Source: a virus (Duplodnaviria > Caudoviricetes). Taken from it: DNA of 64,000 nt. This document shows, in pieces, positions 27,611 to 36,861 of the stretch. Position 1 is the stretch's first letter. Every line of letters begins with the position of its first letter. Made by a program: the position numbers and the translations under genes. Under the pieces are notes generated by a model that ran no database searches, was not told the origin of the DNA, and saw only the letters and a list, made by a program, of their open reading frames with translations. The stretch is from positions 1,007-65,006 of the IMG/VR virus record IMGVR_UViG_3300013286_000001; one strand, 5' to 3'.

Positions 27611-28030
27611 ATGAATGATCAAGAATTTGACTATCTCAGCGCAGAACTGGCAATGGCCCAAAGCCAGGGCGCAATCAGCTTTTTGGTAAATACCAAAGAT
27701 ATGTAAGCGCTCCTGCGCGCCGCCCGTCTCTGGCGAGCCACTGTGGGTAAACCAAAACTGTTTGGCTATATGTCGGCAGACAAAATTCGTAGCATGTGTG
27801 ATGGTAATGTTGATAGTAGCCGTGCTGTTCGACGTCAATCCGACCACCGGGCAACACCAGTTTATTTTATTGAATTAGAAGGCGAAGACCTTCGCGATCG
27901 TGAACAGCTAATCCGAAGAGACCGGCGGGCAAAGCGCGAGGCCAAATTTAAACGCCTTACTGATAAGGGTATTATTGTACCTGCAAAGCAAAACGAGTTA
28001 CAATTAAGTCTTCAGCTACTAACAGAGTAA
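27611..28030 (+). pseudogene. hypothetical protein interrupted by in-frame TAA
   Basis: MNDQEF...KDM*ALLRAARLWRATVGKPKLFGY in one frame; TAA at 27704-27706. Confidence 0.6.
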
Positions 28031-28035
28031 CTAAA

Positions 28036-28200
28036 ATGGTCAGTAAAGGTAAAGTAAAACATTTAAAATGGCTGCTGTCAGTGAGTATTTCATTTCAGCA
28101 ATTTGCTAGCACAGCACCTACTGTTCCAGCCCATATGCTTTACGGTATGGCACGTCAAGATTACCTCGCATACTGCAAACGAAACGGGTTTAAGCCATGA
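28036..28200 (+). CDS. hypothetical protein
   Basis: 54 aa, coupled to the next gene. Confidence 0.55.
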   Translation: MVSKGKVKHLKWLLSVSISFQQFASTAPTVPAHMLYGMARQDYLAYCKRNGFKP

Positions 28201-28364
28201 AAGAAATTAAAAATGATCCAAACGGTTGGGTCGTTTACATTGATAACGTCAAGTTAGCTATTGGTCGTGAGCTTACTCAAAAAGAAGTAAGCGACGCAAT
28301 GACAAAGGGCTATATCCTTTCTAAATCAGCGGAAGACTTCGCTAAGACGCTAAAGGCAGACTAA
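28197..28364 (+). CDS. hypothetical protein
   Basis: 55 aa, ATGA and TAATG overlaps. Confidence 0.6.
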   Translation: MKEIKNDPNGWVVYIDNVKLAIGRELTQKEVSDAMTKGYILSKSAEDFAKTLKAD

Positions 28365-29452
28365 TGAAAACTTACCAACTACCAATGACCCGCGATTACG
28401 TCCGCCATTGGGATTTGAAGAAAGCTGTTCAAGAGCTTCTTCAAAATGCCATTGACTCAAGCGCTCCGTTTGAACACGAATTTTATGAGTGCGGCGGCGG
28501 AATGACTGGACTGGCTATTCGCTCTCGTGGTGTTGAACTACCGTCTTCTTCACTTTTGTTGGGTTCAACCTCCAAAGCAGAAAACGACAACGCCATTGGT
28601 AGCTTTGGCGAAGGCTACAAAATTGCGTTGCTTGTGCTTACTCGCCTGTCCAAGCGTCCAGTTGTTCTAAACAATGGCGTAGAATGGTCAACTTCTTTTG
28701 AGCAGTCTGAAGCGTTTGGCGCTGAAGTGCTCACTATTGAAGAATGGCCTAACAAAGAGTCAGAAAGCGAAGGCCTTGCTTTCCACATTGAGTATTTGTC
28801 AGAAGAAGACGTGGCCGCTATTGCCAGCTCTTGTTTGCAAATGCAAAGTGTCGACGATATTGGCAAGATTATCAAATGCCCACAGGGCGACATTTTGCTG
28901 GATAAACCCGGCCAACTGTTTGTCAACGGCTTGTATGTCTGTGAGACGAAGCATCGTTACGGCTACAGCATCAAGCCAGCGTTTCTCAAGCTGGAACGGG
29001 ACCGTCAGACAGTCAGTAACTTTGACCTTTCTTGGGTTACCAAGGAAATGTGGTTTTCCACCAAAGAACACAAGCTAATGGCGCAAATGATTGCTGATGG
29101 CGTTCCTGATATGGAATATGCAAACTATGGCGCGCCGGAAAAGGTTAAAGATGCCTGTGTTGAGCACTTTACGTCAGTCAACCCTCCAGACACGCAGATT
29201 GCCCGATCACCGGAGGAAGTGCGAGACCTCAAGGCGGCTGGCGCATCCAACCCAGTTTATCAAAATCCGACTTATTACTCCTGCGTAGCTACTGCTCCAA
29301 GCTATACTCCGCCGTTAAAAGTGATTGATATTCATACGCCAAGCGCGGTTATCAAACGCTGGTATGAAGAAAATAAAAAATATATGCCTCGCTTGCCTCA
29401 AGTCGCTCTCAAGAAAATCATTTCCGACAGCGAGAAATGGACCAAGAAATAG
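28364..29452 (+). CDS. GHKL (Hsp90/MORC-like) ATPase domain protein
   Basis: ELLQNAID, LLLGSTSK and IGSFGEGYK Bergerat-fold motifs. Confidence 0.85.
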   Translation: MKTYQLPMTRDYVRHWDLKKAVQELLQNAIDSSAPFEHEFYECGGGMTGLAIRSRGVELPSSSLLLGSTSKAENDNAIGSFGEGYKIALLVLTRLSKRPVVLNNGVEWSTSFEQSEAFGAEVLTIEEWPNKESESEGLAFHIEYLSEEDVAAIASSCLQMQSVDDIGKIIKCPQGDILLDKPGQLFVNGLYVCETKHRYGYSIKPAFLKLERDRQTVSNFDLSWVTKEMWFSTKEHKLMAQMIADGVPDMEYANYGAPEKVKDACVEHFTSVNPPDTQIARSPEEVRDLKAAGASNPVYQNPTYYSCVATAPSYTPPLKVIDIHTPSAVIKRWYEENKKYMPRLPQVALKKIISDSEKWTKK

Positions 29453-29473
29453 CTTCAGTCTCAAAGTGCACCT

Positions 29474-29510
29474 AGCCTGAAACCTCCGTAGCTGAGTTTC
29501 AGGCTTTTTC
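29474..29510 (+). terminator. intrinsic terminator
   Basis: agcctgaaac...gtttcaggct-ttttc. Confidence 0.7.
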
Positions 29511-29696
29511 TTATAGGTTAGACTAGGCTAAAATAAAGAAGCCGTATGGAGGCTACAGGAGACCGTAGGAATAAAGGGCAGTTGATAAAGCTAAGCCATA
29601 TAGCTGGAAATAACAGCACAACCGCTTAATATGCGCTATATGTCTAAAGAAATGGTACTGTATAGAGTATAATTGATTGTCTAGAGGAAATAATTT

Positions 29697-29924
29697 ATGA
29701 AAGTATATCAAGATGAATGGGACAAAGATATTGGTCGATGCTTAGAAAAGGCAAGCCGTATGTCGGTACTGCACAACAGCAAGTGCCATCTAGCCAGTTT
29801 TTCATCGAACCGCCGTTACCGGCCTGAATTAAAAGTATTTTTAGACGGGTTAGTTCCAGCGCGATATACAGTCGTAGAAACTATTCATCCACCTTGCGTT
29901 ATTTTACGGAGCAGTAACGTATGA
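29697..29924 (+). CDS. hypothetical protein
   Basis: GAGG RBS. Confidence 0.65.
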   Translation: MKVYQDEWDKDIGRCLEKASRMSVLHNSKCHLASFSSNRRYRPELKVFLDGLVPARYTVVETIHPPCVILRSSNV

Positions 29925-30196
29925 CGGTTAAGAAAGGCTTTGTAATTATGACAGTGGCAGGCGAGTTTGTTAACTGCTATAATGTTAGCAAGCATATTGG
30001 CTACGAAAAATGTTATGGTACTTGTGAGCTTAATCAAGCTTCAGTATTTGATATGCGAGAGCTAAACGCAGCAGTCACTACTGAGGGTAAATTGTCAACG
30101 CTTCTTGTTGACGGCGTAGTCCAATCAGTGGTAATGGTTGAAGCCTACACCACACGCCAAGTTGCACTTGGCTTGCCGCCACTTGAGGAAAAGTAA
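29921..30196 (+). CDS. hypothetical protein
   Basis: ATGA overlap. Confidence 0.7.
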   Translation: MTVKKGFVIMTVAGEFVNCYNVSKHIGYEKCYGTCELNQASVFDMRELNAAVTTEGKLSTLLVDGVVQSVVMVEAYTTRQVALGLPPLEEK

Positions 30197-30523
30197 ATGA
30201 GCATAAATAAAGCGCTAGCTGTTTTCTTTGGTGTAATGTTAATTTACGCTGTTACAATGATAGTGGTAATAGTTAGTAGTAAAGGAAATTGCCAAGCGGC
30301 TGAGCGCACGCAAGTTTACCCGGCTTACGACTACGGCAAATCGCGGTCGTTTGATCAACAAAATTCTGGTAATGCACATTACCAACAAAACCGGCCGGCT
30401 GATAGCTACCGCTCAACAATCGAGCGCACGCAAAATAGTCGTAGCGTAGAAAGTCAACGCGCACAACAAAAACAGCTAAATTACGAAAACCGTAACTCCT
30501 ACCAGCGGAGCAATTCTAAATGA
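30197..30523 (+). CDS. membrane-anchored Gln/Asn-rich protein
   Basis: N-terminal TM segment then low-complexity polar tail. Confidence 0.65.
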   Translation: MSINKALAVFFGVMLIYAVTMIVVIVSSKGNCQAAERTQVYPAYDYGKSRSFDQQNSGNAHYQQNRPADSYRSTIERTQNSRSVESQRAQQKQLNYENRNSYQRSNSK

Positions 30524-30652
30524 AAGGCATTGAGATAATTTGTTTCTTAGTTTTTGTTGGTCTGACACTACTTGCGCTTGACGAGTCGCATAGCGCAAAA
30601 GCAGAACTACAAACAGTCAAAGCTTCTTGCCCAATCTCTCAAGGAAAATAAA

Positions 30653-31030
30653 ATGGCAACAGTAATTCGAGTTATCAAGTACGAAGGCAACGAAGCAGCT
30701 GTGCGTAACGCTATTCAGCTATCCAAAGCGCTGGGCTTGCATAGCTTTCCTGGAAACCAGCTTACTGGTGGCTGGAGCATGGTAATCGCTGAGCATTATA
30801 GCGATCTACCCAAACTTGTTGAGCTAACTGAGGAAGAAGTTGAGCGTTCAATGGCACATGAGCGACTGACTAAGCTGCTTGGCTACATGGCGTCTAACGT
30901 CAAGGAAGGCGGTTGGGAAAGAGTTGAAGATGCTGGCGGTATTGCTGGTTGGGTCGGTATTGACGAGGCGTTAAAGTTTATTGATGCTTTGCCAATCTGT
31001 AATGCAGGTTTGATGGAGAAAGGTAAATGA
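30653..31030 (+). CDS. hypothetical protein
   Basis: AAGGA RBS before ATG 30653. Confidence 0.7.
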   Translation: MATVIRVIKYEGNEAAVRNAIQLSKALGLHSFPGNQLTGGWSMVIAEHYSDLPKLVELTEEEVERSMAHERLTKLLGYMASNVKEGGWERVEDAGGIAGWVGIDEALKFIDALPICNAGLMEKGK

Positions 31031-31308
31031 AAAAGCAATCGCCCTTACAAAAAGTCTGTATGCAATACGGTAAAGACTGTTTTGCCATGAGCAATACCTG
31101 GGCGCTAATTCAATTCCTCAAAGCAAACGGCCAGCACGCTACTGCCCTACAGGTTGAAGCCGCGCTTAGCCGAGCCAAGACAATTGCTCGTGCCAATTAC
31201 TTTGCTCGACGCAAAGAGCTTCAGCCAGACTGGAAAGACTGGGACGCACAGCGAGAAGAGCACTATCAAGAAATGCTCAATGAGGACCGAGCCCGTCGCT
31301 TCTCCTGA
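31027..31308 (+). CDS. hypothetical protein
   Basis: ATGA overlap. Confidence 0.7.
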   Translation: MKKQSPLQKVCMQYGKDCFAMSNTWALIQFLKANGQHATALQVEAALSRAKTIARANYFARRKELQPDWKDWDAQREEHYQEMLNEDRARRFS

Positions 31309-31435
31309 CACTGTGGGTAACACTATAAAGGTTTAGCATTGGCTTTACAAAGCCTTGCTAAACCTTTCTCATTTACAAGTCAATCGATTTGCGCTAGACT
31401 GCCCGTAATCCCCGCTTATTACTGGCCTGACAAGA

Positions 31436-31798
31436 ATGTCCGACTTAACCCCACCTGACGACAAACACCAGAAGCGCCAAGAAATTCTTGATGAGCTTTG
31501 GGCGCTTGTTGCTAATACCGAGCACCCTGGGAGTGTAACAGTAGCAGCCCTTGACAAAATAGCCAAGATTGAAAATGCGTATGCACCAATCAAAATTGAA
31601 ACCAAAAAGAAGTTTGTCAACTTGGCTGACTTCTACGCCAAAGTGGTGCTACCTGCTAACGACTTTGCGGCAGACATTAAGTCAGAAGCTACAGCATCAA
31701 CAGTGCCAACTACTACAACTTCTGCGCAGGTTGTTGACAACGAGTCATCGGATGAACTGGACGACAACGAAAATGACCTGGACGACTTTTTCCCATGA
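31436..31798 (+). CDS. putative terminase small subunit
   Basis: Overlaps terL start; AALDKIAKI helix; promoter TTTACA-17-TAGACT at 31372-31400. Confidence 0.55.
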   Translation: MSDLTPPDDKHQKRQEILDELWALVANTEHPGSVTVAALDKIAKIENAYAPIKIETKKKFVNLADFYAKVVLPANDFAADIKSEATASTVPTTTTSAQVVDNESSDELDDNENDLDDFFP

Positions 31799-33183
31799 TT
31801 CAAATGAACCCCGCCCTTCAAGACGTTTGGTTTACACCAGCACGATTTAAATTTGTTTATGGTGGTCGTGCATCCAGTAAGTCATACGACTTTGCTTCTG
31901 CAATTAGCTTTTTAGGCAGTGAGCTTAAGCTGACTGTTGTAGTGGCTCGGCAGTTTCAAAACTCTATTGCGCAAAGTTGTAAGTCTCTTATTGAAAACCG
32001 TCTCGAGCAAATGGGACTAAGTGAGCAATATGACTTTCAGCAGACCACAACTCTAGACTTGGAAACTGGTACTCAGTATTTGTATTACGGTATTGCCCGC
32101 AACTTGCAAGAGATTAAATCGCTTAACGGTGTCAATATCCTCATTATTGAGGAAGCTGGCAAGCTGACCAAAGAGCAATGGCAAACCATTGAGCCAACTA
32201 TTCGTGAAGACTTTTCTGAGATTTGGGTTATTTGGAACCCAGACTTAGCCACTGACTTTATGTGGTCGATGGTATTGAATCCGCCGGCTGACTCAATAGT
32301 TCGTAAAATTAACTACGATCAAAACCCATTTTTGTCCAACACAATGATTGCATCAATCAAGGACGCCAAGAAACGTTTACCGCCGGAAGAGTTTGACCAT
32401 ATCTATAAAGGTGTTCCTCGCACTGACGATCAACTTAGCTTTATCAAACCGTCCTGGCTTCGCGCGTGTGTTGATGCGCATATTAAGCTGAATCGGCCGG
32501 GAATAGCTCAAGGCGAAAGGCGACTAGGCTTTGACATTGCGGACGCTGGCGAAGATACCTCAGCGTTAGCTGACGCCAGTGGAAACTTTTTAAGGTCAAT
32601 TGAAGAATGGGCGTCTACCGAGGACCAGCTTCTTCAGTCTGTGCAGTATGCATATCACAAAGCAGTAGAGGCGAATGCGGTACTTGTTCCGGACGTAATC
32701 GGTATTGGTGCATCGGCCATCCCGAAAATAAACGAGATGAACGAAGTGCGGGAGGCTAAAGGCTTACCCACAGTGGAACATGAGAAGTTTCACGCCGGCG
32801 AGTCAGCTTCCGAATACCTCTATGTTGACGAGACCAACTGCGACGAGTACTTTACTAACAAGAAAGCAGAGGCTTGGGGCACGCTAAGCGATCGAGCACG
32901 CAACACGTTTGTGCTGCTGTCGGCTATTGAGCGCAATCTTTCGCCTGAAGACATGCCAGTCTTCGAGGACGAAGAGCTATTGTCTATCAGTAGCGAAATT
33001 GAATGTCTTGAAAAGCTTTTTATGGAGCTATCAGCTCCGCGTAAAATCATTGATCTTGCTGGCAAAGTGATGTGTGAGAAAAAGGCAGACCTAAAAAAGC
33101 GCAATGTGCCGTCGCCTAACTTGGCAGACGCGGCAGTCATTGCGCTGTACCGTAACAATGGCGCTGTTGGTTTCTTTGGCTAA
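31795..33183 (+). CDS. terL: terminase large subunit (PBSX/XtmB type)
   Basis: YGGRASSKS, IIEEA, PTIR, WNP, GFDIAD and SPNLADA motifs. Confidence 0.93.
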   Translation: MIQMNPALQDVWFTPARFKFVYGGRASSKSYDFASAISFLGSELKLTVVVARQFQNSIAQSCKSLIENRLEQMGLSEQYDFQQTTTLDLETGTQYLYYGIARNLQEIKSLNGVNILIIEEAGKLTKEQWQTIEPTIREDFSEIWVIWNPDLATDFMWSMVLNPPADSIVRKINYDQNPFLSNTMIASIKDAKKRLPPEEFDHIYKGVPRTDDQLSFIKPSWLRACVDAHIKLNRPGIAQGERRLGFDIADAGEDTSALADASGNFLRSIEEWASTEDQLLQSVQYAYHKAVEANAVLVPDVIGIGASAIPKINEMNEVREAKGLPTVEHEKFHAGESASEYLYVDETNCDEYFTNKKAEAWGTLSDRARNTFVLLSAIERNLSPEDMPVFEDEELLSISSEIECLEKLFMELSAPRKIIDLAGKVMCEKKADLKKRNVPSPNLADAAVIALYRNNGAVGFFG

Positions 33184-33503
33184 CGCTTGGTTCGAACATC
33201 CGGAAGGCTGAGGCTTACACCTTCCACCTGTGGGCAATCGTGAATCCAGCCGCCTTCCTCACGGAGGCGCGGCTTTCCTTTATCAAGGCCCCAATGCAAA
33301 CCGCCTTTTTGGCAGTAGCTGCATATGATATGCGTTGGAGTTGCCTTTGGCTCTTCGACTTTCATATCGAGTATGATGGGAACCATAGTGGCTTTACAGT
33401 TTATATTGTGTGAAGGTCTGGTGCGACGGCCTGTTTGCATTGCCCAGACAAAAGCTTGGCCCTCAATCATGCGTTCAATCATTTCGTCAGCAATATCACC
33501 CAT
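33180..33503 (-). CDS. zinc-ribbon hypothetical protein
   Basis: MGDIAD, CSYC...LHW...H.C; AGGAG RBS. Confidence 0.75.
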   Translation of the reverse strand: MGDIADEMIERMIEGQAFVWAMQTGRRTRPSHNINCKATMVPIILDMKVEEPKATPTHIICSYCQKGGLHWGLDKGKPRLREEGGWIHDCPQVEGVSLSLPDVRTKR

Positions 33504-33518
33504 AAATTTCTCCTACAA

Positions 33519-33546
33519 CAAAAGGGCTTTCGCCCTTTTGTTTATT
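33519..33546. terminator. intrinsic terminator
   Basis: aaaagggc-tttc-gccctttt. Confidence 0.8.
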
Positions 33547-33555
33547 TGTGATTGA

Positions 33556-34125
33556 TTACTCGCCGCCAGCAGCTTGCAACTCAGCTTCACGAGTGGCTGT
33601 AATGGCTTCAATTGTAGCATCAAAATTGTAGTTTACGCCGTACAACTTGGCAATCAAAGCGAGTACTTTGGCCTCTTTGGTTTTCTTTTCAGCAGTATTA
33701 CCAAAGCCGCGGGTGGCTACAACGCCACGATCTTTCCGCCAGTAGCAAAGGTAGCTACTTACGACGCCTTTGGAAGTTTCTGGCGAAGCAGCATGTGCTG
33801 CTGCCTTAAGGTCTTCACCGGCAGCTTGAGCCGCATCAAATGCTGCGTAGAGTACGTCACGTTTGCTGCCGCCTTCTTTTTTCTCACGCTTTTGCGGAGG
33901 AGTAGGAAGTTGTACAGTCGGCTCATGCACAATCAGCGCACCAGTTTCTGCGTTCAATTCTGGCTCAGGAGTAACAGCTTCAAGTTTCAGTTCTTGCAGC
34001 AGTTCTTTAAGCTCAGGAACTTTCATTGCGTTGCAGCTTTCTTGGCCGTAGCCTGCATTAAAAGCAATGATTTGGTTGATCAGCTTTTGCTTTGCAGTTA
34101 CTTTGGCGTTAGTTGCGTCAGTCAT
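33556..34125 (-). CDS. putative DNA-binding protein (paralog of 2974-3459)
   Basis: N-terminal MKVPELKELL (Rho-N/SAP-like) and SKGVVSSYLCYWRKDRG helix; own promoter and terminator. Confidence 0.55.
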   Translation of the reverse strand: MTDATNAKVTAKQKLINQIIAFNAGYGQESCNAMKVPELKELLQELKLEAVTPEPELNAETGALIVHEPTVQLPTPPQKREKKEGGSKRDVLYAAFDAAQAAGEDLKAAAHAASPETSKGVVSSYLCYWRKDRGVVATRGFGNTAEKKTKEAKVLALIAKLYGVNYNFDATIEAITATREAELQAAGGE

Positions 34126-34317
34126 GATAAGCCTCGTTATTTAGCTAGATTAGATTCAACATGCTTGTTGCTTGTTGATGTGTCTATTATGCTCAGTAGA
34201 CTGCCCTGCTGGAAATACCGTTATGGAATAAGGGTTATGCTAATTGGCTATTTCTATATTCATCACAACTGTGGCAGTCGCATGTGCTTACGTAATAAGA
34301 AGTAGAGCCCCTTAATA

Positions 34318-34346
34318 TTTACTAAAAAGGTAGGCCGAGATACAAT
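34318..34346 (+). promoter_or_regulatory. sigma70-like promoter for portal operon
   Basis: TTTACT-17nt-TACAAT. Confidence 0.7.
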
Positions 34347-34376
34347 CGGCTAAATCGTACTCAAGGCCAATTAGCA

Positions 34377-36218
34377 ATGAAGTTTCTGAACTTGTTTTCC
34401 AGAAAAGCAAAGCCTACAGCTGTTGCTTTGCCCACTGATAAGCAAGAGCAGGGCGTTCTTGACCTTTCCGCCAAAGCAGGTTTTGGTGAAGAAGTTCCTA
34501 CACTTGGTCAAGACCTTCAGAGTGTATTGGCTCGCTCTATTCAGCGGTCAATTACAGACATTCCAACAATAGATTCAAGTTTAATCTTTACTGGTGACTC
34601 TGCAGTTGAAGCAGTTAAAAAAACTAAAGTTGGTGACGCCTTTTCTGGCACGCAAGATTTATCTGTAGGCTCTATTTCTCCGGCACTTACTAGCTGGTAC
34701 GCCTCTCAAGGTTTTATCGGCCATCAGCTTTGCGCAATTATAGCGCAACACTGGCTAGTAGGCAAGGCTTGCGCAATGCCTGCAGAAGACGCCTTGCGTA
34801 ACGGCTGGACAACAGACTTTAAAGGCGTAGAAGACGCTAACCAGGTCGAAGAGCTTACTGAAACGCTGAGCACACTGGACTCGAAGTTTAACCTGGACAA
34901 GGTACTTCTTGAAGCCGCAAAATTTACCAACGTATTTGGCATTCGCATTTTGATTCCGCTTGTTGACGCGACTGACCCCGAGTATTACAAGAAAAAATTC
35001 AACGCTGACGGTATTACACCAGGTTCGTTTAGAGGCTGGACGCAAATCGACCCACAGTGGATCTTCCCGCTGCTCGATTCGGTTGGTGCGTCTGACCCTA
35101 GCAGCCCTGAGTTCTACGAGCCTACTTTTTGGGTAGCTGGCGGCGTAACTTATCATCGGTCGCATTTAGTCATTTTCAAGACTGAAGAGCCGGCGGATAT
35201 ACTCAAACCAAGTTACTTGTTCTCGGGCATTCCGCTTACCCAGCGAATCGCTGAACGAGTTTACGCAGCTGAGCGAACTGCCAACGAAGCTCCGCTACTG
35301 GCGATGTCGAAACGGACAACAGTCCTTAAAGTTGACTTGGCCAAAGCTAAGATGAAGCTTTCAGCTTTCCTTGGGCGAATTCAGCAGTGGGTCAATTACC
35401 GCGATAACTACCAAGTAAAGGTTATTGGTAATTCGGAGGATATGACGCAGACTGATACGTCGCTTGCTGACCTTGACGTTGTTATCATGACGCAGTATCA
35501 GCTTGTTGCAGCTATCGCGCGTGTTCCAGCAACTAAGCTTTTGGGTACTTCGCCAAAAGGCTTTAATGCCACTGGCGAACACGAAATGAAGTCGTACCAC
35601 GAGTACCTTGAGTCTATTCAGTCTACTTGGTTCGATCGATTCCTTGAGCGTCATTACTTGCTGGTGTCGCTGTCCTGCCTGGACGGAATTGAAATTAGAC
35701 ATACTTGGGAGCCTGTTGACTCGGTCGGTGCAGAAGTTGCGGCCAACATCCAGAAGACCAAAGCTGAGACTGCCGCTATTTACCTCGATCAAGGCGTTAT
35801 CTCACCAGATGAAGATCGCAGCAGACTTCGCATGGACAAAGAGTCTGATTACAATTTGCCAGAAGACGTTGACGCCCCAGGCGTTCCAGAGGAACCGGCG
35901 CCAGGAGCTGAACAGTCCGGCGCAGAACCCACTGTGGGCGATGTAGAAGAGCTACAGCCTGGCGAAACCATTTTGGACGATATTGTGCTTGCCACTGCGC
36001 TGGTGGTTGCCGAGCCTGTAGTAGAAGTTGGTCCAAGCATTTCTACTGAAAAAGTGTCTGAAACTCTAGCCCAACTTGCCGGTGCGCTCAGTAAAGTTCA
36101 ACTCAAACCGCAGGCCACAGTCATCATGGGTGTAACCCCAACGGTTAAAAGTATTGAGCCATCGGTAGTACCCGTTCCTCCAGCAAAGTTTGCGTGTAAA
36201 GAAGCGCCAAACGAATAA
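34377..36218 (+). CDS. portal protein (DUF1073 family)
   Basis: FIGHQLCA, HRSHL, AAIARVPATKLLGTSPKGFNATGE; position after terL. Confidence 0.9.
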   Translation: MKFLNLFSRKAKPTAVALPTDKQEQGVLDLSAKAGFGEEVPTLGQDLQSVLARSIQRSITDIPTIDSSLIFTGDSAVEAVKKTKVGDAFSGTQDLSVGSISPALTSWYASQGFIGHQLCAIIAQHWLVGKACAMPAEDALRNGWTTDFKGVEDANQVEELTETLSTLDSKFNLDKVLLEAAKFTNVFGIRILIPLVDATDPEYYKKKFNADGITPGSFRGWTQIDPQWIFPLLDSVGASDPSSPEFYEPTFWVAGGVTYHRSHLVIFKTEEPADILKPSYLFSGIPLTQRIAERVYAAERTANEAPLLAMSKRTTVLKVDLAKAKMKLSAFLGRIQQWVNYRDNYQVKVIGNSEDMTQTDTSLADLDVVIMTQYQLVAAIARVPATKLLGTSPKGFNATGEHEMKSYHEYLESIQSTWFDRFLERHYLLVSLSCLDGIEIRHTWEPVDSVGAEVAANIQKTKAETAAIYLDQGVISPDEDRSRLRMDKESDYNLPEDVDAPGVPEEPAPGAEQSGAEPTVGDVEELQPGETILDDIVLATALVVAEPVVEVGPSISTEKVSETLAQLAGALSKVQLKPQATVIMGVTPTVKSIEPSVVPVPPAKFACKEAPNE

Positions 36219-36291
36219 TTTAAGGTCCCGTTCCTCTACTGCTTCGTGGGGTTACAGTGGAGTGAATGGGACCGCCCTCTAAGGAGTTAAA

Positions 36292-36861
36292 ATGAGTAAG
36301 TACGCAGATCTTATAATTGCTCTAACTGCTGCACTAGCTATGCTTAAAAAGGGCGGCTATATCGGCGATGCTGAAGGTGATAAATGGATTACAACCTCTA
36401 ACGGTAAAAAAGTTGAGCTTGATAAAGACGGCAATGTAAAGAAAGGACTTGGCGGAGGGCATGAAGGAGAAAATCTAGCTGAAGTTGCTAAAAAGCTATC
36501 AGCAGCTGCGCGTAAAACAGAAATAGGTACGCCAGAGCGCGCAGCTGCTAACAAAGCTGCTCAAGAAGCCGGCAATAAAGCTGCAGCAGCTAAAAAAGAA
36601 TCCGCGGCTAGTGCTTCTGCGACTCACAAAGAGCGTATAGCAAAAGCCATATCTGCCGCTAAACCCGCAGACATTAAGTCGGAAGCTACACAAAACGCCA
36701 AGCTAGGCGTCTTACAAGCGGCTTATCACGAGCCAGGCGAGCCGGGCAATTATACCTCAAAAGTTACTGCGGCCTATAATAAACAGTTTTCTGGCAAAGA
36801 AGATAGCTCTGAGGCCAAGAATGTAAGAGCTGCGCTAGCTAAACAAGGTTACGCCTGGTAA
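36292..36861 (+). CDS. putative head-packaged basic protein
   Basis: GDAEGDKWITTSNG...GLGG motif then Ala/Lys-rich body; AAGGAG RBS. Confidence 0.6.
   Translation: MSKYADLIIALTAALAMLKKGGYIGDAEGDKWITTSNGKKVELDKDGNVKKGLGGGHEGENLAEVAKKLSAAARKTEIGTPERAAANKAAQEAGNKAAAAKKESAASASATHKERIAKAISAAKPADIKSEATQNAKLGVLQAAYHEPGEPGNYTSKVTAAYNKQFSGKEDSSEAKNVRAALAKQGYAW

Noticed and set aside
16775-28030. Stop-codon reassignment explaining the in-frame stops
   Set aside because: All three stop types occur as lesions, many intact genes end in TAG, TGA or TAA, frameshifts co-occur, and no suppressor tRNA is present
33574-34305. 243-aa plus-strand ORF and similar long shadow ORFs (7974-8645, 42138-42635, 45303-45824)
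   Set aside because: Antisense to well-supported genes, with no RBS and no recognisable motifs
34377-36218. Anti-CBASS Acb1 label often attached to DUF1073 proteins
   Set aside because: Position and motifs fit a portal; no pair of HxT phosphoesterase motifs was recognised
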